This document shows positions 9,388 to 18,416 of a stretch of 64,000 nt of DNA, piece by piece. Numbering within the stretch: position 1 is the stretch's first letter; each line of letters begins with the position of its first letter. The DNA is from an uncultured Planctomycetales bacterium (GTDB taxonomy: Bacteria > Omnitrophota > Gorgyraeia > Gygaellales > Profunditerraquicolaceae). The position numbers were made by a program, and so were the translations under genes. The notes beneath the pieces are model-generated. The model did not search any database, was not told where the DNA came from, and worked only from the letters and a program-made list of their open reading frames with translations. Where the stretch lies: the NCBI GenBank assembly GCA_964542785.1, contig CAZIUK010000004.1, positions 3,691 through 67,690 of the forward strand, written 5' to 3'.

Positions 9388-9416
9388 TTGACAAATATAA
9401 AAGGAAATGGTAAACT
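9388..9416 (+). promoter_or_regulatory. sigma70-like promoter TTGACA-N17-TAAACT for the 9447 gene
   Basis: Hexamers at 9388-9393 and 9411-9416; an AGAAAGGAAG ribosome-binding site precedes the ATG at 9447. Confidence 0.4.
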
Positions 9417-9446
9417 AAAAAGTAGAAAGGAAGATAATCCTTAAAT

Positions 9447-10055
9447 ATGCTTAAGAGACTATCCTTAATCTCAATCCCTCTTTTATTAGCCTGCCTATTT
9501 GTGTCTTATCTCTTTGCAGAAGATGAAACAATTACAATCACCACCTATTATCCTTCACCGCAAGGAAGTTATAACGTTTTAGGTACTAATTATTTAGAGT
9601 TAGGCTCAATAGATAATCCTCCTGGGCTTGGAAAAGCTTGCTATACAAAAGAGGAGGGACAGATAGTGTATAATCAATTCACAAAAGCTATCTATTACTG
9701 TGATGGTAATAGCTGGAAATCTGTCGGTAGTGCATGGCCTCCAAAAGAAAGAAAAGTTGTGACTTCCGGACCAGTTTGTGTAGATAGAAAAGAAGTCGGG
9801 ACTCATCCATTAAAAGTTAATATAGGCGGAACAGATTTAATAAAAATTACTGCCTCTTGTAAGGATCTTCCTGGAGGCGAGTGGTATTTAATTGGATGCT
9901 CAGGAGGTTCAGGTGATCTTTTTGAAGATAAAGAGTCTTCAAATATAGAGCCAGATATTTTAACAGAATCTTGCAGTCAGTTTATTAAAGAACCAGGTTG
10001 CGTAGGTGGAGATCCAACAAGAAGTGCCTATGTATACGCGATCTGTGGAAGGTAA
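9447..10055 (+). CDS. hypothetical secreted/lipo-protein, cysteine-rich (10 Cys in mature part)
   Basis: N-terminal signal peptide MLKRLSLISIPLLLAC(LFVSYLFA), with a possible LLAC lipobox. No family recognised. Confidence 0.55.
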   Translation: MLKRLSLISIPLLLACLFVSYLFAEDETITITTYYPSPQGSYNVLGTNYLELGSIDNPPGLGKACYTKEEGQIVYNQFTKAIYYCDGNSWKSVGSAWPPKERKVVTSGPVCVDRKEVGTHPLKVNIGGTDLIKITASCKDLPGGEWYLIGCSGGSGDLFEDKESSNIEPDILTESCSQFIKEPGCVGGDPTRSAYVYAICGR

Positions 10056-10698
10056 GCGGTAGTTAAAAGTCTCAGGAGAAATCAATACCTCTTCAGCAGC
10101 GTTAGCAGTATTCCTAACGTCTAATATATCCGCGAAGGTTATCCATTGGCTAAAAAAGGCAGTAGGGTAACTGTTCTTACCACTTTTAGCAGAGTAAATC
10201 CTAATCAAGGCTTAACATGTAGGATACACAAGCTTAAAACCTTTAGAGTGTTTATCTTCATTAAGGAAATTACTATTAAAGCCTCCTGTTTAAAAAACAA
10301 TACCGGCAAAAAGTTTTAGGGTAAGTAAAGAGGGTAAAATAACTAGAGGTTTTTAAGTATATTAATTTCTTTGATCTTTGTTTTTATAGTGGCGTAGCTT
10401 AGATTGATAGAATAACTGGTCCGCGCCCTGGCAGTAGTATAGGTATTTATCAATACCATAGAAATAAAAATTTCCCTTTTGGTTTTAAACCCGCTGGCAA
10501 TACCCGTAAAACCGGAGAAGGTTATTCCTAAGCCGGATTTCTTAAATGGCAGTATAAAGAATTAAAGGTAGTAAGGAGTTTTCAGGATGAGTTTTGCTAT
10601 ATGCTTAACTTGGCAAAAAAATGGCTTGACCAATCAGCTCTTTTGGATTAAAGTTGTATAATAAAACAATATAGTTTTACTAACAAGGAGGAAGTAAA

Positions 10699-10845
10699 AT
10701 GGCTGAAACAGGCTATTGCGTAAAATGTAAGGCAAAGAAAGAGATGAAGGATGAGCAGAAGGTTACTATGAAAAATGGCAGGCAGGCTATGAAGGGAAAA
10801 TGCTCTACCTGCGGCACCGGAATGTATAAGATATTAGGCAAATAA
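10699..10845 (+). CDS. 48-aa zinc-ribbon protein (two CxxC pairs), DUF5679-like; not in supplied ORF track
   Basis: Strong ribosome-binding site AAGGAGGAAG 7 nt before the ATG. Translation is MAETGYCVKCKAKKEMKDEQKVTMKNGRQAMKGKCSTCGTGMYKILGK. Upstream lies a TTGACC plus extended -10 TGTATAAT. Confidence 0.55.
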   Translation: MAETGYCVKCKAKKEMKDEQKVTMKNGRQAMKGKCSTCGTGMYKILGK

Positions 10846-10903
10846 CTATTTTTTAACAAAAAAAGGAAGATTAAAGATAGAAACAAAAAAAATAGCACAA
10901 CGT

Positions 10904-11230
10904 TTGGCTGTAGTTGCCAAATCTAAGAAGGCGCAGAAAGTAGTAATCTTAGACCTTAAGAAGGTTGCTACTTTCTGCGATTATTTTGTCATAGCAGGCA
11001 CTGCTTCTAAGAGGCAGGTTAATGCAGTCGCCCAAGCAGTAACCGAAGATTTAAGTAAATTACAACTTAAGCCTGTTTCTTGGCCTGTCCTAAATGACGA
11101 ATCAGGCTGGATAGTCTTTGATTTAAATTCAGTAATTGTCCATATAATGTACGAGCCTCTGCGGGAGTTCTATGGCCTTGAGCGGCTCTGGTCTGATGCA
11201 AAGAAAGTAAAGATACCCCCTTCCGCTTAA
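10904..11230 (+). CDS. rsfS: ribosome silencing factor RsfS (Iojap family)
   Basis: 108 aa with the VILDLKKV...DYFVIAGTASKRQ...WIVFDLNSVIVHIM pattern. Appears to start at TTG. Confidence 0.75.
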   Translation: MAVVAKSKKAQKVVILDLKKVATFCDYFVIAGTASKRQVNAVAQAVTEDLSKLQLKPVSWPVLNDESGWIVFDLNSVIVHIMYEPLREFYGLERLWSDAKKVKIPPSA

Positions 11231-11248
11231 GTATCTTTTTAAAGTTAT

Positions 11249-12886
11249 ATGAAAAAAAATATTCAGGAAGAGATAATATCTCTGATAAAAGATTCCCTGT
11301 CAACTTTAACTGATGACCCTAATCTTACAGGCGGGGTAATGCTGGATTTGCCGCAGGAGGCACGCTTTGGGGATTTTTCCACCAATATCGCTATGCGGCT
11401 AAGCAAGCCTTTTAATAAGCCTCCTGGTCAAATAGCCTTAAAGCTTATCTCTTCTTTTAACTCTTGCCTTAATAAATCCTGGATAAAAGAATATATCAGC
11501 GAGGTTAAGGCAGAGGGAGCAGGGTTTATTAATTTTTACTTAAGCAATAAATACTTATACGATTCCCTTAGGTGTATATTAGAAGAAGGAAGCAGTGCCT
11601 TACGTTCTGATTTAGGCAAGCAAAAGCCTGTCTTGATAGAGTTTGTAAGCGCTAACCCTACGGGGCCTCTTTCAGTAGCTCATGCCCGTCAGGCAGCTGT
11701 CGGAGATGCGCTTGCTAATATCCTTGAGTTTAGCGGCTTTAGGCCTTCAAGGGAGTATTATTTAAATGATGAAGGAAACCAGATTATAATACTTGGCAGG
11801 TCAGTAGAGTTAAGGATGAAAGAGTTGTCAGGAGAGGCAGTAGATTTTCCGCAAGAGTATTATCAGGGGAGTTATATATACGATATAGCAAAAGATGCTG
11901 TTAAGAAGAATATTCCCTTAGTAGAATTAGGGGATTTTGCCGCAGGACAAATCCTTTCAATCATAAAAGATGAGTTGGAAGATTTTGGCGTTAAATTTGA
12001 TTGCTGGTATTCGCAGAAGGAGCTTGGCAAGAGCAGTAAGATTACTATTGCTTTTGATAAATTAAAAGAGAAGGGTTACTTATACGAAAAAGATGGAGCG
12101 TTGTGGTTTAAGTCTACTTTTTTTGGGGATGATAAGGATAGGGTGGTGGTAAAAAGTGACGGCGCTTACACTTATTTAGCCCCGGATATAGCCTATCACA
12201 ACGATAAATACGGGCGTGGTTTTAAGTGGTTGATTAACCTCTGGGGTCCGGATCACCACGGGTATATAAATAGGGTTAAGGCGGCTGTATCTGCTTTTGA
12301 AAAGGATCCAGAAACACTCTCTATACTTATAGTGCAATTAGCTACTATTTTTCGCGCTGGAAAGCCTGTGCAGATATCTACGCGCAAAGGGGAATATATA
12401 ACTTTAAGGGAAGTTTTAGAAGAGGTGGGTAAAGATGCGGCGAGGTTTTTCTTTATCTCAAGGCGTATATCAAGCCACCTTGATTTTGATTTAGATACCG
12501 CTAAAAAGCAGACATCGGAAAACCCGGTATATTACATTCAGTATGCCCATGCCCGTATTTGCAGTATATTGCACAATAGCCTGGATAAGTTAGGAAAAAA
12601 TATAGATTTTAACCTGCTCGTAGAAAAGGAAGAGATTATCTTAATCAGAAAGTTGCTTCAATTTTCCTGGATCTTGAATATATGTTTAAGTACGCTTGAT
12701 CCTTACATGATGACAATTTATTTGCAGGAACTATCAGAGGCATTTCATAAGTTTTATGACAATCATCGAGTTTTGACGGGTGAGCCAGAGCTTACGCAGG
12801 CCAGGCTTGCTCTTATTAGCGGTGTAAAGATTGTAATAGCTACGGGTTTAAACCTATTAGGTATCTCTTCCCCGGAAAAGATGTAA
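11249..12886 (+). CDS. argS: arginine--tRNA ligase
   Basis: 545 aa with class I motifs (FVSANPTGPLSVAHAR) and the ArgRS anticodon-binding C-terminus. Confidence 0.9.
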   Translation: MKKNIQEEIISLIKDSLSTLTDDPNLTGGVMLDLPQEARFGDFSTNIAMRLSKPFNKPPGQIALKLISSFNSCLNKSWIKEYISEVKAEGAGFINFYLSNKYLYDSLRCILEEGSSALRSDLGKQKPVLIEFVSANPTGPLSVAHARQAAVGDALANILEFSGFRPSREYYLNDEGNQIIILGRSVELRMKELSGEAVDFPQEYYQGSYIYDIAKDAVKKNIPLVELGDFAAGQILSIIKDELEDFGVKFDCWYSQKELGKSSKITIAFDKLKEKGYLYEKDGALWFKSTFFGDDKDRVVVKSDGAYTYLAPDIAYHNDKYGRGFKWLINLWGPDHHGYINRVKAAVSAFEKDPETLSILIVQLATIFRAGKPVQISTRKGEYITLREVLEEVGKDAARFFFISRRISSHLDFDLDTAKKQTSENPVYYIQYAHARICSILHNSLDKLGKNIDFNLLVEKEEIILIRKLLQFSWILNICLSTLDPYMMTIYLQELSEAFHKFYDNHRVLTGEPELTQARLALISGVKIVIATGLNLLGISSPEKM

Positions 12887-12889
12887 GTT

Positions 12890-14578
12890 ATGCATGCTCA
12901 CAAGATACTCAACTTTTATCCTGTTGACATACCGCTTCGCAATAAATTCAGTAAAGAGTTAAGGATCTCAAAGGTTCTTTCGCAGGTTTTAATTAACCGT
13001 AAGATAACCTCTTTATCAGAGGCGGATAATTTTCTTAACGCAGGGATAGATAAGCTCTTGGATCCGTTTTCTTTTGCTGGAATGCGTAAGGTGGTAAGCA
13101 GAATAAAACAAGCGCAGGAGAAAAAGGAACGGGTAATGATTTTTGGCGATTATGATGTTGACGGCATTACCAGTATCGCCGTATTAAGGAATACGTTAAA
13201 AAGAATAGGCATAGAGCCTGAGCATTATATTCCTCATCGGGTAAAAGATGGTTACGGCCTTAATAAAGATATTCTAAGGATAGCAAAAGATAAACAGATA
13301 AATCTTTTAATTACAGTTGATTGCGGGACTAACAGCACAAAGCAGATTGCGCAGTTAAAGGAGAGTAACGTTGATACTATTGTAACCGATCATCATCAAC
13401 CTGATGGTATGCCTCTTCCTGCGGCATTGGCTATCATTAACCCTAAGCTTAAAAGAAGCACTTATGGGTATCGTGATTTAGCCGGGGTAGGCGTTGTTTA
13501 TAAATTATGCCAAGCAATTTCAAGGAATATTTTAAGAGAGGAGCTCGATTTAGTCGCTATAGGTACAGTTGCTGATGTAGCCCCTTTAAACGGAGAGAAC
13601 CGCATAATTGTGAAAGAGGGATTAAAAAATATATCCTCTAGTAAAAGGCTGGGGATCAAGGCGCTTATAGAAAGCTCCGGGTTTCGCGGTAATAACCTGA
13701 CCCCTACCTTTATAAGCTTTATCCTTTCTCCTAGGTTAAATGCCGCAGGCAGAATGGGTTCAGCTGAAGAGGCGTTAAACCTAATCTTAAGCGATAATTA
13801 CCTTAAAGCCCAAGAGTTAGCCTCTCTTTTAGAGCAGTATAATCGTACCCGCCAGCGAGTAGAATATAAGATAATAGAAGAGGCAGAAGCGATTATCAAT
13901 AGGGAGATTAATTTTAAAGAGCATAAGGTTATAGTTCTTGCTAAAGAAGGTTGGCATCAGGGTGTTTTAGGTATAGTAGCCTCAAAGTTAGCGGATAGGT
14001 TTTACCGCCCGGTTATCGTCCTTTCTCTGGATAAAGATTTATGCAAGGGTTCAGGCAGGTCAATAAAGAATTTTCATCTTTTTGAAGCACTTAGCGATTG
14101 CAGTAGTTTTTTAAGCGCTTTTGGCGGGCACTCCCATGCTGTAGGGCTTACAATTCATCGTGAGAGTATAGAGGGGTTTAAAAAGAGCATAAACTCCCTT
14201 GCGCATAATAAGTTATCTTTGGAGGATTTATTGCCGAGCTTAGATATAGATATGGAGTTAAGTTTTTCAGATTTAGATGAGGCTTCAGTTTTGGAATTAG
14301 AAAGGCTAGCTCCTTTTGGCGCAGGTAATGCAGAACCGCTATTTTTTACCCGCGGGCTTAAATTAAAAGGAGAGCCTAGGACTTTAGCCCGTGAGACGTT
14401 GAAGTTTTATGCTACCGATGGGGTATCTACCAGGGAAGTTATTGGCTTTGGGTTAAGTTCTTTAAAAGACAATTTGCTTAAGGCACGGTCTTTTGATTTG
14501 ATTTTTACTGCGCGCATGGATGATTGGCAGGGTAACACTTATGTAATATTAGAGGCTAAAGATATATTCTTTAAGTAG
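12890..14578 (+). CDS. recJ: single-stranded-DNA-specific exonuclease RecJ
   Basis: DHH motif (DHHQPDG), a DHHA1 domain and a C-terminal OB-like region. Confidence 0.85.
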   Translation: MHAHKILNFYPVDIPLRNKFSKELRISKVLSQVLINRKITSLSEADNFLNAGIDKLLDPFSFAGMRKVVSRIKQAQEKKERVMIFGDYDVDGITSIAVLRNTLKRIGIEPEHYIPHRVKDGYGLNKDILRIAKDKQINLLITVDCGTNSTKQIAQLKESNVDTIVTDHHQPDGMPLPAALAIINPKLKRSTYGYRDLAGVGVVYKLCQAISRNILREELDLVAIGTVADVAPLNGENRIIVKEGLKNISSSKRLGIKALIESSGFRGNNLTPTFISFILSPRLNAAGRMGSAEEALNLILSDNYLKAQELASLLEQYNRTRQRVEYKIIEEAEAIINREINFKEHKVIVLAKEGWHQGVLGIVASKLADRFYRPVIVLSLDKDLCKGSGRSIKNFHLFEALSDCSSFLSAFGGHSHAVGLTIHRESIEGFKKSINSLAHNKLSLEDLLPSLDIDMELSFSDLDEASVLELERLAPFGAGNAEPLFFTRGLKLKGEPRTLARETLKFYATDGVSTREVIGFGLSSLKDNLLKARSFDLIFTARMDDWQGNTYVILEAKDIFFK

Positions 14579-14585
14579 CCTATTT

Positions 14586-14813
14586 TTAAGCCTTCTTAAA
14601 TTTACCTTTTTTAATACACTTAGCGCAGATATAAACTTTTTTTGGGGATCCGTCAACAAGAATGCGTTTTTTCTGCAGGTTGGGCAGGAACTTACGCATA
14701 GTCCAACGGCTTATCTTAGAACCTGTTCCGCCTTTAGCTTTATATTGGCCTTTACGCGTTACAGTTTTGCCTTTAAGCGCGCCTTTTTTACATAAAGCAC
14801 ATTTTTTAATCAT
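14586..14813 (-). CDS. rpmB: 50S ribosomal protein L28
   Basis: 75 aa, basic, with Cys pairs; typical bL28 sequence. Confidence 0.85.
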   Translation of the reverse strand: MIKKCALCKKGALKGKTVTRKGQYKAKGGTGSKISRWTMRKFLPNLQKKRILVDGSPKKVYICAKCIKKGKFKKA

Positions 14814-14887
14814 TTAATTGCTCCTTAATTGGTTAGTTCAATAAGTATACTTGAATTTAGGATATTGTCAAGATAGAATATAGAGTT

Positions 14888-17797
14888 ATGGATAATAAAA
14901 TACTTGAAGGGCTAAATAAAGAGCAGCTTCAGGCAGTAAAGCACCGTAGGGGACCGCTTTTAATTATAGCCGGCGCAGGCACCGGGAAGACGCGCGTTAT
15001 TAGCCGCAGGGTTGCTTGGATTATCTCAGAGGGTTTAGCTAAGCCAGATGAGATATTAGCGCTTACCTTTACGGATAAAGCGGCTAAAGAGATGCAGGAG
15101 CGGGTGGATATACTTTTACCCTATGGTTATACGGATACTTGGATATCTACTTTTCATGCCTTTGGCGATAAGTTATTAAGGGAGAATGCGCTTATGATTG
15201 GGTTAAACCCTGATTTTAAGGTTTTAACCCAGCCAGAGGCCGCAGTTTTTTTCCGCGAGCATATCTTTGAGTTTAATCTCGATTATTTACGTCCCCTTTC
15301 AGATCCTACTCGTTTTATTGAAGCGATGATATCTTTTTTTAGCCGAGCCAAAGACGAGGATATTTCTGCTAAAGATTATTTTAAGTATGCCCAGGATTTA
15401 ACGATTAAGGCAAAGGGCAAGAAAAAAGAAGACCCTGCGCTTTTAGAAGAATCGAAGATAAGCCTTGAGATAGCAGGCGCTTATCTTAAATACCAAGAGT
15501 TGCTGGCTAAAGAGGGGTTGCTTGATTTTGGCAATCAGTTTTATTTAGCCTTAGGTTTCTTGCGCAGCCATCCGTCAGCATTAAAAAGATACCAGGAGCA
15601 GTTTAAATATATACTCGTTGATGAGTTCCAGGATACAAACTTTGCGCAATTTCAAATTATTAAACTTTTATCTTCCAGGCATAAAAATATTACCGTAGTT
15701 GCTGATGATGACCAGTCTATATACCGCTGGCGGGGAGCAGCCTACAGCAACATCCTTAATTTTGATAAAGAGTACCCTAAAGCCAAAAAGATTAGCCTTA
15801 TTAAAAATTACCGCTCAACCCAGATGATTCTTGATGCAGCTTACAGGCTTATTCAACATAATAACCCTGAGCGTTTTGAGGTTAAGGCAGGCGTTAATAA
15901 GCGCCTTATCGGAGTATCAAAAAAAGGAAAGCTTGTAGAGTGGTTACATTTTGATACTATTTCTACTGAGGCTGACAATGTAGCTAAGATTATAAAGGAC
16001 GAGGTTACTTCTAAGGATTTTAAATACCGCGATTTTGCTATTCTTGTGCGTTCTAATTCGGATGCAGATAGTTTCTTGCAGGCCCTAAACATGCAAAATA
16101 TCCCGTGGCAATTTAGCGGCAACCAAGGGCTTTATGCAAGGGAAGAGGTGCGTTTGTGTATAAATTTTTTAAGGGTTATCGCCAATCCTTATGATTCCTT
16201 AAGCCTTTATTATCTGGCAAGTTCTGAGATTTATGAGGTAGAGCTTTCAGAGCTGGCCCTTTTAAGCCACTATGCCTCCCGTAGGAATAAATCCCTTTAT
16301 TCTGTATTTCAAGATATAGATTCTATAGAAGAACTTAAAGAATTAAGCAAAGATACAAAAGAAAAAATTAATAGGTTCTTAGAAGATATAAATAGATACC
16401 TTCAAGTAGGCAGGGAAGAGACAACCGGTAGGCTCTTATATTCTTTTCTTTCTGATACCGGGTTTTTAAAGAGGTTAACCAAAGAGCAGAGCCTTGAAAA
16501 TGAAAATAGGATACAGAATCTCGCTAAGTTTTTTAATCATGTGCGCAATTTTGAAATAGTAGCTAAAGAAGATAGGGTTATAATTTTTATAAATTATTTG
16601 AATCTTTTAATTGAAGCGGGGGATGATCCGCCTACGGTTGAGGCAGACCTGGATACTGACGCAGTGAATATCCTTACAATACATAAGGCAAAGGGGTTGG
16701 AGTTTAGGGTGGTATTTTTAGTTAGCCTTGTCCAAGGGCGTTTTCCTTTACCGAGAAAAAGGAGAGGGTTTGAGTTACCTGATTCTTTGATTAAGGAAGT
16801 TTTGCCTAGTGGAGATTTTCAATTACAAGAAGAGCGCAGGTTATTTTATGTGGGGATGACGAGGGCAAAGGAAGCATTGTATTTGACTAGCGCTGAAGAT
16901 TGCGGGGGAAAACGCCTGCGTAAAATAAGCCAGTTTGTCTTTGAGGCTTTGGGTTTAGGTATCAAAGAGAGTGAAAAGAAGAAGGCCAGCGCTATTGAGG
17001 CTATTGAACGCTTCTCTTTTAAAAAGGAATTGGTGTCGGTAAGAGGTAAGGTTATGGAGAAGCCTTTGTCATTGTATCACTACCAGATAGATGATTATAA
17101 AACCTGCCCTTTAAAGTATAAATATGTGAATATTTTGCGTGTTCCTATTATGGAGCACCATACTGTTATTTATGGCAGGGCTATGCATGAAGCGGTGAAT
17201 AAGTATTATCAATATAGGATGCTTGGCAGGAGGATGAGGCTAGCGGATATTTTAAATGCCTTTAGGGAAGGGTTTGACCCTCAAGGGTTTATTGAGTTAG
17301 AGCATCAAAAAAAGCGCTTGAAGGCAGGAGAGAGGGCTTTAATACGGTTTTTTAAAGAAGAGGAGAAAAGTAAGATTAAAATTAAGTTTATAGAAGAGCC
17401 TTTTAGTTTTAAGTTTCAGGATATTAGGATTACCGGTAGGTTTGATAGGGTTGATGAAGAGGAAGATGGGGATGCGATTATTGATTTTAAAGCTTCAGAG
17501 ATAAAACAGCAGAAGGATGCGGATAAGCGCCTGAAGGATAATAAACAGTTGCTCCTTTACTCTTTGGCTTATCAAAATATATTTGGAAGACTACCTAAGA
17601 GGATATCTTTAATTTTTCTTGAATCAGGGTTAGTAAGCAGTAAAAGCGTAAGTGAGGATGATTTAGATAGGATTAAGAAAGATATTGTAGATGTTGCTTA
17701 TGGGATACGTAACCAGGATTTTAACCCTGCGCCGTCTTATATGTCGTGCAATTTTTGCGCGTATAACCAGATTTGCCCGCACGCGGATAAAGATTAA
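14888..17797 (+). CDS. UvrD/PcrA-type SF1 helicase fused to C-terminal Cas4/AddB-like PD-(D/E)xK nuclease with 4-Cys Fe-S cluster
   Basis: All UvrD helicase motifs are present (Q-motif, GAGTGKT, DEFQDTN, motif VI). The C-terminus carries D...E-x-K (GRFDRVDEE...IIDFK), the QxxxY block (LLLYSLAYQ), and Cys residues at KTCP plus CNFCAYNQIC. Confidence 0.8.
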   Translation: MDNKILEGLNKEQLQAVKHRRGPLLIIAGAGTGKTRVISRRVAWIISEGLAKPDEILALTFTDKAAKEMQERVDILLPYGYTDTWISTFHAFGDKLLRENALMIGLNPDFKVLTQPEAAVFFREHIFEFNLDYLRPLSDPTRFIEAMISFFSRAKDEDISAKDYFKYAQDLTIKAKGKKKEDPALLEESKISLEIAGAYLKYQELLAKEGLLDFGNQFYLALGFLRSHPSALKRYQEQFKYILVDEFQDTNFAQFQIIKLLSSRHKNITVVADDDQSIYRWRGAAYSNILNFDKEYPKAKKISLIKNYRSTQMILDAAYRLIQHNNPERFEVKAGVNKRLIGVSKKGKLVEWLHFDTISTEADNVAKIIKDEVTSKDFKYRDFAILVRSNSDADSFLQALNMQNIPWQFSGNQGLYAREEVRLCINFLRVIANPYDSLSLYYLASSEIYEVELSELALLSHYASRRNKSLYSVFQDIDSIEELKELSKDTKEKINRFLEDINRYLQVGREETTGRLLYSFLSDTGFLKRLTKEQSLENENRIQNLAKFFNHVRNFEIVAKEDRVIIFINYLNLLIEAGDDPPTVEADLDTDAVNILTIHKAKGLEFRVVFLVSLVQGRFPLPRKRRGFELPDSLIKEVLPSGDFQLQEERRLFYVGMTRAKEALYLTSAEDCGGKRLRKISQFVFEALGLGIKESEKKKASAIEAIERFSFKKELVSVRGKVMEKPLSLYHYQIDDYKTCPLKYKYVNILRVPIMEHHTVIYGRAMHEAVNKYYQYRMLGRRMRLADILNAFREGFDPQGFIELEHQKKRLKAGERALIRFFKEEEKSKIKIKFIEEPFSFKFQDIRITGRFDRVDEEEDGDAIIDFKASEIKQQKDADKRLKDNKQLLLYSLAYQNIFGRLPKRISLIFLESGLVSSKSVSEDDLDRIKKDIVDVAYGIRNQDFNPAPSYMSCNFCAYNQICPHADKD

Positions 17798-17872
17798 AGA
17801 GGGGAAGATTATTATTGTATTAATTTAGTTTTAGTTATAAAATAGTTAACCAAGTAAAAAAAAGGAGAGGTT

Positions 17873-18037
17873 ATGATAGAGAGAAGCGAGTTTAAGGGCA
17901 AGCCGATTTTAGTTATCAAGAGGAATGAAAACGACCAATACCCATTTTCATTCGGGCTTAGCAAGGCTAAGTTAATCTTAGAGAATATTGACGAGATAAG
18001 AAATTTTGTAGAAGAGTACGAGCAGGAGCAGGGGTAA
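17873..18037 (+). CDS. 54-aa PC4/YdbC-like ssDNA-binding protein; not in supplied ORF track
   Basis: Strong ribosome-binding site AAAGGAGAGG. The SEFKGKPILVIKR...GLSKAKL..NIDEI blocks match the PC4 fold pattern (RDFKGK-LIDIRE...GISL...I-DID). Confidence 0.5.
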   Translation: MIERSEFKGKPILVIKRNENDQYPFSFGLSKAKLILENIDEIRNFVEEYEQEQG

Positions 18038-18058
18038 GGAAAATAAATATTTAGCCTG

Positions 18059-18087
18059 TTGACTTGGAAACAAAAATAAAGTATAAT
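18059..18087 (+). promoter_or_regulatory. near-consensus sigma70 promoter TTGACT-N17-TATAAT for rpsO-pnp
   Basis: Hexamers at 18059-18064 and 18082-18087 with an exact 17-nt spacer. Confidence 0.55.
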
Positions 18088-18121
18088 AATCTAATTAGAA
18101 ATGGAAGGGGGGTGAGAGGTT

Positions 18122-18391
18122 TTGGTTTTAGTTAAAGAGAACAAATCAAAGATTATTGATAGTTTTAAGATTCATGCAAGGGATACCGGATCAGCCGAGG
18201 TCCAGATAGCTATCCTGACCGAGAGGATTAACCTCTTAGGAGAGCATTTTAAACTCCACAAGAAGGATTTTCATTCCCGTCGCGGTTTGCTTACTCTGGT
18301 AGGCACGCGTCGCCGGCTCCTCAACTATCTCAAGAAAAAAGACGTTAAAAAATACGAAGAGATTTTAAGCAAACTTAACTTGAGAAAGTAA
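18122..18391 (+). CDS. rpsO: 30S ribosomal protein S15
   Basis: 89 aa with the classic S15 sequence ([18 protein letters not shown]...[12 protein letters not shown]). TTG start. Confidence 0.9.
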   Translation: MVLVKENKSKIIDSFKIHARDTGSAEVQIAILTERINLLGEHFKLHKKDFHSRRGLLTLVGTRRRLLNYLKKKDVKKYEEILSKLNLRK

Positions 18392-18416
18392 ACTAAGGGC
18401 ATAAACTATAAATATT

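Noticed and set aside
10380-10440. tRNA-like string (GTGGCGTAGCTTAGATTGATAGAAT...)
   Set aside because: The D-stem, anticodon stem and acceptor pairings do not form, so it is not a tRNA. Noted only as a possible degenerate remnant.
10713-10898. 61-aa minus-strand ORF in the track
   Set aside because: It is antisense to a well-formed, RBS-led 48-aa zinc-ribbon ORF and has a low-complexity hydrophobic translation. Probably spurious.
8044-10903. Integrated mobile element or prophage at tRNA-Asn
   Set aside because: No integrase or transposase gene, and no direct repeat of the tRNA 3' end was found. Kept only as a weak accessory-islet hypothesis.
14888-17797. Helicase-nuclease as a Nhi/Gabija-type antiphage system
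   Set aside because: The surrounding genes are core housekeeping (recJ, rpmB, rpsO, pnp) and no partner genes typical of defence islands are present. A DNA-repair role is more parsimonious, and the defence reading is recorded only as an alternative.
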